DNA from: a virus
Taxonomy: Duplodnaviria; Caudoviricetes
Reading direction: 5' to 3' (one strand)
Length of the DNA stretch: 59,084 bases
IMG/VR virus record: IMGVR_UViG_3300047552_000148
Span: 1 to 59,084 of that record
The notes beneath the pieces are model-generated. The model was not told where the DNA came from and ran no database searches. It saw only the letters and a list, made by a program, of their open reading frames with translations. Both the position numbers and the translations under genes were made by a program. Of this stretch, positions 26,722 through 38,200 are shown piece after piece; position 1 is the stretch's first letter, and each line of letters begins with the position of its first letter.

Positions 26722-28494
26722 ATGACCGGATATGTACGCAAAGACACAACGAATAATATTGCTGATGGCAATGTGATTAATGCTGCTGACTTAGACAATG
26801 AATTTGATGGTTTGCAAGACGCTTTCAACGCTTCCACTGGACACAACCACGATGGAACCACTGGAGAAGGCGCTCCCATTCTAGCTGTTGGACCTGCACA
26901 GGATGTTGTGTTTGGTGCTTCAGCGTTCACACCTAAGACAACCAACACTGTTGATGTTGGCTCTACATCCCTGCGTTTCAAAGATGTGTACATGGCAGGC
27001 TTGCTTAATGGTACGTTGACGTTGCCTACTGCAACAGACACGTTGGTTGGTAAAGCTACGACAGACACCCTCACCAACAAAACCATCAACCTGACCAGCA
27101 ACACCTTGTCAGGCACAACGGCTCAGTTCAACACGGCCTTGTCCGATGGTGACTTTGCTACGTTGGCTGGCAGTGAGACACTGACAAACAAAACCCTTAC
27201 CTCTCCCGCAATTACCGGCGGCACGATCAACAACGCCTCTGTGGGCGCAACGACGCCGAGCACGGGTGCGTTTACTACGCTGAGTGCGAGTGGTGCTGTA
27301 ACGCTTGGTTCTATATCTACCATCTCTACAAGTGGTGCTGATAACAGCATCACGTTTACACAGTCTGGCCCGTTCAAGGTTTCTTCTGCGACTTACACTC
27401 TTGGCAGCATTTCTACCTTTTTTTCCAACGGTGCAACCAACGGTTTAGAAATCAACCAAGCTGGCCCAACGCTTATCAAAGTCGGTGGATCAACTATCAC
27501 TACCACCAGCAGCACAGGCCTTGCAGTGACAGGCGCTCTGAGTGCTACGAACCCCGTAACCGTTCGCCCAGCAACAAATACACCACAGCTTGTATTGCAG
27601 CAGGACAACGACTCGACAAGCTACTCTACTATTCACAGAGATTCGTCAACGGGCAATCTTGTATTTGGTAACTTAACCGCACCTCTGGCTTATTTATCCA
27701 CATCCGGCAACTGGGGCTTGGGAGTTACGCCGAGTGCTTGGGCAGCGAGTCAAACAGCAATTGATGTTGGTGGCGCTTTTGGTCTTAACGCATCTGCTGG
27801 TAGCAATACGGCATCCTTCTCATTATCCCAAAACGCTTACTACAACGGCACCAATTGGATATACAAAGGAAACAATCCTGCCGCACGATATGATCAAGTA
27901 AGCGGTGTTCATACTTGGTCAACCGCCGCAACAGGGCTTGGTGGGAACACCATCACGTTCACGCAGGCGATGACGCTGGATGCCAGTGGTAATTTGCTTA
28001 TTGGCACTTCTAGCATTGGTTCGTGGGACACAAAGCTAACCCTTTCGTCAGACAGCGGAACGACAAAGTGGAGCGTTGGCCCATACTCAACTGCAACAAA
28101 CTTTGTAATCTCTGCAAGCGGTTCTTTCGGTGTGTACCTTGCCGGAACCTCTGCGACAGCGTGGTCATCGGTTTCTGATGAACGCGAAAAGACAGACTTG
28201 CTTCCGATTGAAAACGCAGTGCAAAAAGTTGGCACACTTCGCGCTGTAACTGGTCGCTACGTCAAAGACGAAACAAACACCCGCAAGTCGTTCCTAATCG
28301 CGCAAGACGTTCAAGCTGTTTTGCCTGAAGCGGTCAGCGTACAGGACGATGAGCAGGGAACCCTTGGCCTCGCGTACTCTGATGTGATTCCATTGCTGGT
28401 TGCAGCAATCAAAGAACAGCAAGCCCAACTGAATCAAGGCTACCAAATGATTCAGGCGTTAGAGGTACGCCTTGCAGCCTTGGAGGCCAAGTGA
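26722..28494 (+). CDS. Tail fibre with C-terminal peptidase S74 chaperone
   Basis: TLTNKT repeats; SDEREKTD...IAQDV..VLPEAV...LLV.AIKE. Confidence 0.88.
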   Translation: MTGYVRKDTTNNIADGNVINAADLDNEFDGLQDAFNASTGHNHDGTTGEGAPILAVGPAQDVVFGASAFTPKTTNTVDVGSTSLRFKDVYMAGLLNGTLTLPTATDTLVGKATTDTLTNKTINLTSNTLSGTTAQFNTALSDGDFATLAGSETLTNKTLTSPAITGGTINNASVGATTPSTGAFTTLSASGAVTLGSISTISTSGADNSITFTQSGPFKVSSATYTLGSISTFFSNGATNGLEINQAGPTLIKVGGSTITTTSSTGLAVTGALSATNPVTVRPATNTPQLVLQQDNDSTSYSTIHRDSSTGNLVFGNLTAPLAYLSTSGNWGLGVTPSAWAASQTAIDVGGAFGLNASAGSNTASFSLSQNAYYNGTNWIYKGNNPAARYDQVSGVHTWSTAATGLGGNTITFTQAMTLDASGNLLIGTSSIGSWDTKLTLSSDSGTTKWSVGPYSTATNFVISASGSFGVYLAGTSATAWSSVSDEREKTDLLPIENAVQKVGTLRAVTGRYVKDETNTRKSFLIAQDVQAVLPEAVSVQDDEQGTLGLAYSDVIPLLVAAIKEQQAQLNQGYQMIQALEVRLAALEAK

Positions 28495-28727
28495 TGTTCC
28501 GCTTGCTACTATGGCTAGACGTAACCGTCTTTCAAATCATCACATTCGGGATGGCGAAGAAGGGCGAAACCATCAGCAGCGCGGCCTATCGCGGTGAACA
28601 GCAGGGCCGTCTCATCGGGCGCATTGCTAGGCCGTGCATTGATTTTTTGCTGTGCTGGATTGGGCCACAGCCGCATTGCAAGCAGGCTTATGAATGGCAA
28701 CGACATATATACGGAGACGAGGAATGA
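28491..28727 (+). CDS. Small conserved phage protein (ETISS...HC)
   Basis: 78-aa ORF with motif. Confidence 0.65.
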   Translation: MMFRLLLWLDVTVFQIITFGMAKKGETISSAAYRGEQQGRLIGRIARPCIDFLLCWIGPQPHCKQAYEWQRHIYGDEE

Positions 28728-29155
28728 ACAGCGAAGTATTTGACATACTTAAGGAGCTACTATCATGGGCATCAGGTGTTGCATTAGCTTTGGTGGCATG
28801 GGCGTGGAAGACCAACGCCGAAGAGCATAAGATGTTACATGCTCAGATAAAAGAGGCTGCTGATAAAACCGCTGACGTTAAACAACGCACTAGCGATGGT
28901 TATTCAACATTGAATGATCGTATTATGGAACACATGGATGCACAGCAACGTGAAATGCGTGCGTTTGTTATGACGGAAGATGCTAAGTTGCTTGCAGAAA
29001 CAACAATCAATCGCAGCCACATTGCCAAAATCTTTGATAAAATAGAAGCTCAAGCACAGCGTAGTGAAGACAGGCATGTTGAAACACTACAGGCTATACA
29101 TACATTGGCAACAACAATGCACACAGCATTGGCAACAAAGGCAGATAAACAATGA
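28724..29155 (+). CDS. Membrane-anchored coiled-coil protein next to the lysis cassette
   Basis: N-terminal transmembrane segment; GAGG RBS before ATG 28724. Confidence 0.65.
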   Translation: MNSEVFDILKELLSWASGVALALVAWAWKTNAEEHKMLHAQIKEAADKTADVKQRTSDGYSTLNDRIMEHMDAQQREMRAFVMTEDAKLLAETTINRSHIAKIFDKIEAQAQRSEDRHVETLQAIHTLATTMHTALATKADKQ

Positions 29156-29580
29156 TTTCATTGAGCGCACACTTTTCACTTGAAGAAGCTACAGCGTCAC
29201 AGACAGCAGCACGGCTCGGTATTATGAATGTTCCGTCTGATGCTGTTCTTGCTAACATGAAGAAGGCTGCGTTGCAGCTAGAGCTAGTACGTATGGAGCT
29301 TAATAGCAACGCCATACACATTAGCTCTTGGTATCGCAGCCCTGCTTTGAATGCTGCTGTTGGTAGCAAGCCTACGTCTGCACACATCACAGGCTGGGCT
29401 ATCGACTTCACATGTCCTACGTTTGGCAAGCCTGATCGAATCATTCAACGTATTCTTGCTTCCAAAGTAGACTTCGATCAGGTGATAAACGAGTATGACT
29501 CTTGGGTACATATCAGCTTTGATGGTAATCGTAAGCAGGCTTTGGTGATTGATCGTAATGGAACGAGAGCGTTTGTATGA
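29152..29580 (+). CDS. Endolysin, peptidase M15A family
   Basis: HFSLEE, ISSWYRS, SAH..G.AID, WVHIS. Confidence 0.9.
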   Translation: MISLSAHFSLEEATASQTAARLGIMNVPSDAVLANMKKAALQLELVRMELNSNAIHISSWYRSPALNAAVGSKPTSAHITGWAIDFTCPTFGKPDRIIQRILASKVDFDQVINEYDSWVHISFDGNRKQALVIDRNGTRAFV

Positions 29581-29975
29581 GCGACATTACAGGCATCGGT
29601 GCTGTAGCCGACTTAGTAAACACAGCCATTAATAAGATATGGCCTGACAAGTCTGAGCAAGAGAAGCAGGCTTTAGCTGCTGCTGTGATGGTGGTGCAGG
29701 GTCAGATTGACATTAACAAAGAAGAGGCTAAGTCTCCGAGTATATTTGTTTCTGGAGCAAGGCCGTTCATTCTTTGGACATGTGGTGCTGGTTGTGCTTG
29801 GAACTGGGTTGGGCTGCCTGTAGCAAAGTTTGCTCTGCTTATGGCAGGCATCAGTGTACAAATATCTCCTGCTGATCTCTCTGAAATGATGCCCTTGTTG
29901 TTAGGTATGTTAGGCTTGGGCGGGCTTCGTACAGTTGAGAAACTAAACGGTGTTGCAGCAGTAACACATAAATAA
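29577..29975 (+). CDS. Holin (GTA 3TM-like)
   Basis: SGARPFI.W and LGMLGLGGLRT.EK; adjacent to the endolysin. Confidence 0.85.
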   Translation: MSDITGIGAVADLVNTAINKIWPDKSEQEKQALAAAVMVVQGQIDINKEEAKSPSIFVSGARPFILWTCGAGCAWNWVGLPVAKFALLMAGISVQISPADLSEMMPLLLGMLGLGGLRTVEKLNGVAAVTHK

Positions 29976-29986
29976 GGAAAACAAAT

Positions 29987-32900
29987 ATGGCATGGTCAGA
30001 AGTACAGATTGCAGGGATGAATGATAGCTGGAATAAATATAAAGATAATCCTGCATATCTCCGACAACTTATGGAGACGTATGGTGTTGGTGTTCAGGAT
30101 ATGCAGCAAGCAACTGGACTGCCCCTAATCACTATTGCGTCAGCTTTGAATTCTGACGGGGGCGCCACAAACTGGGGAGGCTTGCACTTCAACAACCAAG
30201 GTCAGCTATATGGCACCGATTGGCTGGGTATGCTTAACGACTACCAAGTGCAGAGTCAACCTGTTGTTGGTCCGACATCTACCCCTGTAGCCACACCAGC
30301 ACCTACATCTGCTCCGTCTAGCTTTACCAATGTTACTACGCCAGCAACAACACCCCCTCCGACAACATATCGTCCCGGTGAAAACTCTGGTAGTAATTAC
30401 AACCCTGACACCATAACATACGGACCTTCTTCTGTGTATCCTTCAACAACAGCACCACCTCCTGACCAGCCTACAATGGATGATGTTACTAACATGACAG
30501 CTTCACAGACAGACACAACTAAGCTGGGAGCTTCTGTTGGTGGTCTTGATAAGACAGCTTCTACAGCAAGCCTAACATCAACAGGGCCTGCCTCACAAGT
30601 GTCTACGCCTACAACAGTTAATACAACTACGGCTACAACAACCGACACAACACAAGCCCTTAAAGATGCTCAGTCTACACAGACTCCGGCAACCGGCACT
30701 GTGTCGCCACAGGCTACAACAACCGCAGCACAAGGAACATTGTCGCAAGGCGCATTAGCTACGGCACCTACAGCCCCTCCTGCTGTGCAAGTAGCACCTA
30801 CGCCATATTTGCAAGCCACACCTGATCAGCTTGCTAAAGCAGCCACTGTTGCTGATGTTGGTGGACCTGTTACGTCTACGGCTGCTCAGTCTGGTGGAGT
30901 GCAGCAAGCAACAGCAGCACGGCTAGATGGCACACCACAGGCTGTTGCAGAAAGTTCATACAATCTTGGTGAAGCTAAATACGCCACCACTACAGAAACT
31001 GCTGTGCAAGCAGCAGCTAAGGCTGGTGTTATTCCCCAAGCGCTTGTTGAACAAACTGTTGCAACGTCTAATGCTGTAGCTGCTCAACGTGATGTTACAC
31101 AGCAGGAACTTGTAGATGTTGCTCGTCAGAACTTGCAGCTTACAGAGCCTGTGCAAGCTGTTGCTGCAACAATGGAGAAGCTCAACAGCGCTGCTGTTGC
31201 CATTGCACAGCAGGGTAGCTTTAGCCAAGCGCTAGCAACGGCACAGACAGGCAGCGTTGAAGCTGCTGCTACAGTGGCTGGACAGCTTGAGAAGCTGATG
31301 CAACAGTTTAACAATGGCACTCCTGCATGGGCTGCTGGTGCTATTCGTCAAGCAAATGCTGCTATGGCTTCGCGTGGGCTTGGCGCTAGTAGCATGGCTG
31401 GTGCTGCTGTTGTGCAGGCTGCTATGGAATCTGCCTTACCAATTGCTGCTAAAGATGCTGAGACGTTTGCTCAAATGTCTTTGACCAATTTGAACAATCG
31501 ACAGCAGGTGGCGCTGGCTAATGCTGCTGCTGCTCAAAACCTTGAACTGGCAAACTTAAGCGCTCGCCAACAGACAGCTTTGCAGAATAGCGCTAATGAG
31601 TTTCAGCTTCAGGGAATGAACTTGTCTAACCAACAAGCTGTTGTGTTGGCTAATGCACAGCTTCGTGCTGCCTTCCAAGAGAAGAACTTGGACGTTCGTA
31701 CACAGGTTGCTATTACTAATGCTGCTCGTTATGCTGAAGTTAATAACATCAACCTAAGCAATGTACAGCAGGCTAACTTGCAACGCTCTGCTGAGAATGT
31801 TCAGATTGATTTGGCTAATCTGTCTAGTCGCCAACAAACAGCTTTGGCTAACTTGCAAGTAAGAGCAGCCATTGCTGGCCAAGAACTAAGCAATGAACAG
31901 CAAGTGGCCATGCTTCGTAGCACTCAAGCGTTTGAGGCTTCTCAACTTGAAGCTACAAATAAGCAACAGGCGTTTATGCAAGACTTCCAAGCTCGTGCTG
32001 CTTTGGAAGGACAGGTGTTGTCTAACAAACAACAGACTGCGTTATTTAATGTTTCTTCCATCTTGCAAGAGCGTAAGATTAATCTGGATAATGAACAGCA
32101 AACTCGTCTGTTTAATACTCAGAATGCTATGCAAATTGAAGTGGCTAATCTGTCTAACCGTCAGCAAACAGCTTTGGCTAATGCGCAGATTGAAGCTGCT
32201 TTGAAGGGGCAAGAGCTTACGAATAAACAACAAACTAACATTGTTAATGCTGCTCGTATTTCTGAGATTGCTAATATCAATTTCAACGCTGATCAACAGA
32301 ACGCTTTGGCTAATGCCAACTTCTTGCAGCAGATCAATATCAAGGACTTGGATAACAAACAAGCTGCCGCTATTGCTAATGCGGCCACCATTGCTACAAT
32401 GGACATGGCTAATCTGAACAACCGTCAACAAGCTGCTGTGTTGAATGCTAAAGCGTTCCTCGACATGGACATGAAGAACATGGACAATAAGCAGCAGATG
32501 GCTGTGTTGAAGAGTCAGCAAATTGCACAGAGCATTCTCAGTGATGCTGCTGCTAAGAATGCTGCTTCGCTCACCAATGCTACCAACGCCATTGAAGTTG
32601 ACAAGATTAACGCTACATTGAAGCTGACAGCAGATCAATATAACGCTACAGAGAAGAACAAGCTGGCTCTGGCTAATGCTGATGCTGCTAATACGCTGGC
32701 TCGTTTCAACGCTACAGAAGCTAATGACAGGGCTGAGTTTAATACACGTATGGCTGCTGAAATAAGCGTTGCTAATGCTAAGATACTGGCTGATGTTTCT
32801 GTTGCTAACACAGCGGCCATCAACGCTGCTAATGCGCTGAATGCTAAGAATGCTGTTGATATGTCTATACAGGAATATACACAGCAGATGACTACGTATC

Positions 32901-33133
32901 GAGACTTGTTGTCGATGTCTTGGAAGACAGGTGAGAATGTTGACGATAGGTTGCAAGCGTTAGCTGTAGCCATCATGCAGCGTGATGCTACAACACAAGC
33001 GGCTAACACGGCTGCTGAAGCGTCTGGTTGGCAGTTACTAGGTAACAGTTTTGCTAGGATTGGCGCGGCAGTTGCTGATTCTAAAGAAGGAATAGAACTA
33101 ATCTCTGGAATCTTTGGCGTTAAAAAGGGATAA
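29987..33133 (+). CDS. Internal virion / DNA ejection protein with Gln-Asn-Ala repeats
   Basis: 1048 aa; repeated (A)NLSNRQQxAL. Confidence 0.72.
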   Translation: MAWSEVQIAGMNDSWNKYKDNPAYLRQLMETYGVGVQDMQQATGLPLITIASALNSDGGATNWGGLHFNNQGQLYGTDWLGMLNDYQVQSQPVVGPTSTPVATPAPTSAPSSFTNVTTPATTPPPTTYRPGENSGSNYNPDTITYGPSSVYPSTTAPPPDQPTMDDVTNMTASQTDTTKLGASVGGLDKTASTASLTSTGPASQVSTPTTVNTTTATTTDTTQALKDAQSTQTPATGTVSPQATTTAAQGTLSQGALATAPTAPPAVQVAPTPYLQATPDQLAKAATVADVGGPVTSTAAQSGGVQQATAARLDGTPQAVAESSYNLGEAKYATTTETAVQAAAKAGVIPQALVEQTVATSNAVAAQRDVTQQELVDVARQNLQLTEPVQAVAATMEKLNSAAVAIAQQGSFSQALATAQTGSVEAAATVAGQLEKLMQQFNNGTPAWAAGAIRQANAAMASRGLGASSMAGAAVVQAAMESALPIAAKDAETFAQMSLTNLNNRQQVALANAAAAQNLELANLSARQQTALQNSANEFQLQGMNLSNQQAVVLANAQLRAAFQEKNLDVRTQVAITNAARYAEVNNINLSNVQQANLQRSAENVQIDLANLSSRQQTALANLQVRAAIAGQELSNEQQVAMLRSTQAFEASQLEATNKQQAFMQDFQARAALEGQVLSNKQQTALFNVSSILQERKINLDNEQQTRLFNTQNAMQIEVANLSNRQQTALANAQIEAALKGQELTNKQQTNIVNAARISEIANINFNADQQNALANANFLQQINIKDLDNKQAAAIANAATIATMDMANLNNRQQAAVLNAKAFLDMDMKNMDNKQQMAVLKSQQIAQSILSDAAAKNAASLTNATNAIEVDKINATLKLTADQYNATEKNKLALANADAANTLARFNATEANDRAEFNTRMAAEISVANAKILADVSVANTAAINAANALNAKNAVDMSIQEYTQQMTTYRDLLSMSWKTGENVDDRLQALAVAIMQRDATTQAANTAAEASGWQLLGNSFARIGAAVADSKEGIELISGIFGVKKG

Positions 33134-33135
33134 CA

Positions 33136-33339
33136 ATGAATCAAATTCAAAAGTACATGAACAAAGTCGAAGACGTTATTGCTTCGTCTTCTAAGAAGAA
33201 AGCTCCCAAAGGCGCTGGTTTGTTGACATCAAAGAAACAAGAGGAGCCTATGAAAGCTTCTTCTGACATTGAAGTGATTGCTGCCTTTGTTAGTGGCATC
33301 CGCAAAGCTAAAGAGGAAATGCTAAATGGCAACGCTTAA
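33136..33339 (+). CDS. Hypothetical protein
   Basis: 67-aa ORF within the operon. Confidence 0.65.
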   Translation: MNQIQKYMNKVEDVIASSSKKKAPKGAGLLTSKKQEEPMKASSDIEVIAAFVSGIRKAKEEMLNGNA

Positions 33340-33811
33340 AGAAACATCGTTCATGTCTATACCTGCTGGTGTGTCGTTGACTGACGAGCCGAAGAGTCGT
33401 GCTTGGCTACGTCCTCCAAAGGCTGTCAATGTGTCTGAGGTTGCTCAGATGTACATTGATAAGCTAAGCTCTGAATCTACACTGAATGACCTGCTTGATG
33501 TTGTTGAGTCTGGTGTGCCTTTGGCTACAGCAGCAGAGGCGCTGATGATGACACATGTGCATCAAGGTGAACACACCATTGACGCTGGTATTATGGTGAT
33601 GCCTGTCATCATTGAGATGCTGGTAACTATTGCAGACATCCACGGTGCGGAGTATGTCGTCTTTGGTACAAAGCCTGAGAAGACACCAGATCGGATTATC
33701 CGTGCAGCTATTAAGCAGGCAAGATCACCTGAAGCCCCTGAAGAAGCTGCTAAAGAAAAAGCACCAAAGGTTTCATTGTCTGGTTTGATGGCACGTAAAG
33801 GAGAACAATAA
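33326..33811 (+). CDS. Putative internal virion protein
   Basis: IPAGVSLT.EP...W.RPP; C-terminal GLMAR. Confidence 0.65.
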   Translation: MATLKETSFMSIPAGVSLTDEPKSRAWLRPPKAVNVSEVAQMYIDKLSSESTLNDLLDVVESGVPLATAAEALMMTHVHQGEHTIDAGIMVMPVIIEMLVTIADIHGAEYVVFGTKPEKTPDRIIRAAIKQARSPEAPEEAAKEKAPKVSLSGLMARKGEQ

Positions 33812-35262
33812 TGGGATTTAATTTGCTTGCTGCTGCTGCGGGTGCTGCTAGTGCTGTTGCTGATAAGCTAGACGAAGATCGGAAGTATGCACAACTACGC
33901 GGCACTGAAGCTGCTAAAGGTTTGTATGCTCGTTACACTAAGGTGATGGAAGAGAATAGGAAGAAACAAGACGAGACTGCTGAACGTGTTAGCCTTCTTA
34001 GTGCTGCTTTCCCTGACGCTTCTGATGCTGAGATTCAAACACTAGCAGCAAAGCCTGCTGTCTTTGATCTTGTAGCAACCCAAATCAAAGAAGGAACATT
34101 CGACAAGTCTATCAAACTGCCAACACTCACTGGTCTTGCTACTAACAACGTAGAGACAACTGCTGTTGATCGTCTCAAGGAAATGCCCGATCTTCTTAAT
34201 CAAGTCAGAGAAAAGTATGCACCAGCTACACCGTCTGTTGAAAAACAAACAGAAGAAGGCTTCTTTGCTAAGAATCGCCGCCGTGGATATGAGACAGGGT
34301 TGATGGAAACGGCACAGGCTCTTGGTGTTTCTGTTGAAGAGTTACAGAAGACTAAGGCGTGGCAACCTAAGTATGCTGATAACAAGGCTGACTATTCTGG
34401 GTTTATTCAAAAGAAACAAGACACCTTCACAGGTATTGAAAACAAGGCTAAGACAGAACGTGTCAACGAACTCGTTTCTGGTGGTATGTCTAAACCAGCA
34501 GCTTTCCAGAAAGTTAATGAAGAATTTAAGGCTAAGGAAAAAGAAGACTACGCTTCTGCTACTTTCACTTTGATTAAAGACATCACTGCGCTTAAACAAC
34601 AAGGTAAGAAAGATGAAGCCGCTAAGCTCCAGTTTGTGTTGGACGAGTATAAACGACAGCATTCCACAAAAGACGGTAAAGAAGACGGAGCAGCTAAAGC
34701 AGCTTCTAACAATCTAATCTCTTCTGCAATCAACCGGACGTACTTGAACGCAATCTCTGCTGCTCTTCCTGTAGGTACAGTGACTATTGTTGACGGCAGT
34801 CCACAGATTAGTTCAATGGTGTCTGATGAAAAGAAACAAGACGCAATCACTAAGATTCGTAAAGCGCTGTATCAGGCTAACACGACCAATGGTGTTCCTA
34901 AATCTGAAGGACATCTTCTGGGGTTGTCTCAAGCTGGCATCCTGTTTGATACACAAGGTAAACTTCTTACGAAAGGTATTGTTGATGATGAAGCACCTAG
35001 TGCTACTACGTCAACAGGTTTAGGTGCTCGTCCGGCGTCAACAGCAGGCTTGTACGACCCACAGAATAAACTTACCAGCCCTAAAGAAACTAAACAGCCT
35101 GCGACTCAAACAACTACCCCCGCACCTGCTAAATCGTTTGAAGATCAAGCAGCTAATGCTTTAAAAGGTGGAGCATCTTTAAAGGCAGTTAAAGACCTGT
35201 ACAAAAGGAAGACAGGTAAAGAACTACCCTCTACCATTGCGCAGCTTTCAACTACTGAATAA
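33811..35262 (+). CDS. Putative internal virion protein
   Basis: 483-aa helical protein with an Ala/Gly N-terminus. Confidence 0.65.
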   Translation: MGFNLLAAAAGAASAVADKLDEDRKYAQLRGTEAAKGLYARYTKVMEENRKKQDETAERVSLLSAAFPDASDAEIQTLAAKPAVFDLVATQIKEGTFDKSIKLPTLTGLATNNVETTAVDRLKEMPDLLNQVREKYAPATPSVEKQTEEGFFAKNRRRGYETGLMETAQALGVSVEELQKTKAWQPKYADNKADYSGFIQKKQDTFTGIENKAKTERVNELVSGGMSKPAAFQKVNEEFKAKEKEDYASATFTLIKDITALKQQGKKDEAAKLQFVLDEYKRQHSTKDGKEDGAAKAASNNLISSAINRTYLNAISAALPVGTVTIVDGSPQISSMVSDEKKQDAITKIRKALYQANTTNGVPKSEGHLLGLSQAGILFDTQGKLLTKGIVDDEAPSATTSTGLGARPASTAGLYDPQNKLTSPKETKQPATQTTTPAPAKSFEDQAANALKGGASLKAVKDLYKRKTGKELPSTIAQLSTTE

Positions 35263-35264
35263 AC

Positions 35265-38200
35265 ATGGCAACAAATGATGATGAGTTTGCAGCACTAATT
35301 CCTGCTAAGCAACAACAAGCTAAACAACCTGCTTTGGTTGACGATGAGTTTGCTGCGCTTGTCCCGAGCAAGCAACCTGCTACACCACAAGGGGCCTTCA
35401 ACACTCCTACTCGTCCAATGGAACACAGCAGAGTAAAGTCTGTTCTTCCCAAAGAAGAAGACATTCCTGTTGCTGATGTTGCAAAGCGTGAAGACTTGTT
35501 CAACGTTGTTCAAGACTACATGACTGCTCGTGTTGGTAAAGCAGGAGCAATGAAGAAAGACGAGACTAAGGAAGAGTACGTCAATCGGTTCATGTCTCAG
35601 ATGCGTACGGGTGCTAAGTCTGGCAACGAACTATCGTTGGCTGCTGAACTGTCGTACTTGAATAAAGCAAGTGACGAAGATCGTATCAAAGCACAGAAGG
35701 CTTATCAGCTATTTGACAACACAGCTAGTTACTTTAGCAGTAAAGGTCAGAAAGGTATTGCACCTGTACTAGATGTAGCTAAATCTATTGCTACAGCACC
35801 ATCAACTTACATCGGACTTGGTGTAGGTAAACTGGCTACAACAGCAGCAACAAAGGCAGCAGCTAAGGTTGCGTTGGGTGAAATGACAAAGACGCAGGCT
35901 GCTAAGTCTATTGCTGGTAAGACGCTGGCTGTGCCTGCTACAGAGGCTGCGTTTGGTGCTACGTCTAATGTTTACGAACAAAAGATTGATCTTACAGCAA
36001 CAGAGGCTACAGCAAAGAAGTTGGAGCAAGAGATTGCTAAGATGGACGACCCTGCTGATAAGGCCCACTATACGGCTCAGCTTAAGATGCTGCAAGACAA
36101 GGTTAAAGCAGGCGTCAAAGGTAGTGATGTAGCGTTGTCTGCGTTGCTTGGGGCAGCACTTGGTAGCCTTGAGTCTGTTGGTACTGTTGTTGGTGCAACT
36201 AAAGCTGCTAAGAAACTCGGACTTACCCCTAAGTCTTTTGATGAAAAGATGGCTGCTTCTAAAGCTAAGCAAGCCGCTGCTACTCCCTCCACACCTGCAC
36301 CAGCAGCGCCGCCTGTTACGCCTACGTCCAAGGTCAACACTCCGTTGGAAAACATAGAGTTTGATATGTTTGAAGGGCGTCAACTGCTTAATAAAGAGGC
36401 AGACGAAACAGACTTGGCTCGTATGTCGGTCAGAACAGACATGAACAAGAAGGCAATGGAGATTGCTAAGAATGTATGGGAGCGTGTTCCTGACTTGCAG
36501 CCTCGCCCTGATGAGAAAGTTAGTGACAGTGTTATGCGTGTGTTTAAGAACATCAGCGACATTGAAGACGTAGCCTTGAATGATGCTATGCAACAAGCTG
36601 GCGTTAGTCCTGAGCAGTTTGCGCAGATGATGCGTGTGTCTGTTGGTGACGGTGCTCGTTTGATGCAGCAATATTCTGTGATGAAAAAAGCAGCAGATAA
36701 GATGAAGCAGATTGATCCTGCTGCTGCTAAAGAGATTGATGCAATGTATGGTGAACGCAGCAAGATTGTTGGCAGCTTCACTTCATTGTGGGACGGTGTG
36801 TTATCTGTTGATAGAAACCTAAAAGGCATTATGGTTTCGCAGCTTGCTACAACTATTCGTAACGGATACAGCTTAGGTATCAACGTAACAATGGGGGCAG
36901 CTACTGAGGCTTTAGAGTCTACGCTATATCGTGTAGGTAAGACCGCTGCTGAAGTGAGTACAGGAAAGCCAATTACCGGATCGTTCAAAGACGGATTGAA
37001 AGGCGTTATTCGTGATGCTACACGTACAGCTTACTATCTATCAAACCCAGAACTAGCATCAGACGTTACTAAAGCGATAACAAGCAGCAACCCGTTCCTG
37101 TACCAGAAGCTTGTTAGGAGTAGTGCCGGTGAAGCCAGTACATCCGGCTTGTGGAAGCCTGTTGAGATATTGAACACCTTGAACGTGGCACAGGATGCGT
37201 TTGCTCGTAATGCGTTGTTTGCTGCCAATGTTGATAAACAACTTAGTCGTGTTGGTGTAGATATGTATGATGTGCTGGCTAACAAGAAACAGATTCCATT
37301 TGATGTTTTGAACAACGCAACAGACTCAGCGTTGGAAGCTACGTTCAGTAAAATGCCTAAGCAGGGTGTTATGTTTCACGCCATTAAAACTGCTGAGCAA
37401 CTAGGTCCCATTGCTTCTGTTGTTGTTCCTTTCCCTCGCTATATGGCTAATGCAATGGAGTGGACATTCAAACATTCCGGTGGTGGTCTTCTTACTGGCG
37501 CAGTGGATATGGCTAACGGTTCCGCTATGCTACGCAAAGGAGACGAGAAAGGGATGCGCTATATCACACGAGGACTTGAGAACGCTTCTAAGAGCGCTGT
37601 AGGCTTAGGTACGATGTACGCTCTATACAAGTACAGGGAAGAGAACCAGCACACTCCTTGGAACGAAGCAACAACAGAGAGTGGTTCTTCCACAGACGTA
37701 CGAGCAATGGGTCCGTTTGCTGTGTTGTTGGCTGCTGCTGATTATTCTGTTAAGCTTGAGAAAGGTAAGATAGAAGACTTCAAATTCAAAGAGTTTGCTG
37801 AAGCTGTTCTTGGGCTGAAGATTCCCGCTGGGTCCGCCGCTGTTATTGTAGACAGGATCGCCGCTGGCTTTTCCGCTGGTGATGTTCTTGCTCAGAAGAA
37901 ATGGGAAGCCACAGTGGGTGAGGTTGTCGGTGAGTATATCGGTAGAGCTACGATTCCGCTGAATCAACTGAGTGCTATTGTTGGCGCTATTGATCGCGAT
38001 GAAGCCCTACCACGAGACAGCTTTAACATATTACGTGGTGAAGAAGGCTTTATGAAATCTGCTCAGGAAAAGATTGAGTCTAAGCTACCTGTTCTCAAAC
38101 AGAATCAACCAGTGTCTCAACAGCCTTTGCAGTCTGGTCCTACCCGTAACGAATCTAACTTGGCAACAATGCTGACAGGTATTAACGTCAAAGGAAAACC

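Noticed and set aside
17060-36671. Long antisense ORFs (17060-17908, 21871-22617, 32042-32956, 35802-36671)
   Set aside because: They are shadows of codon-biased sense genes, with no motifs or RBS.
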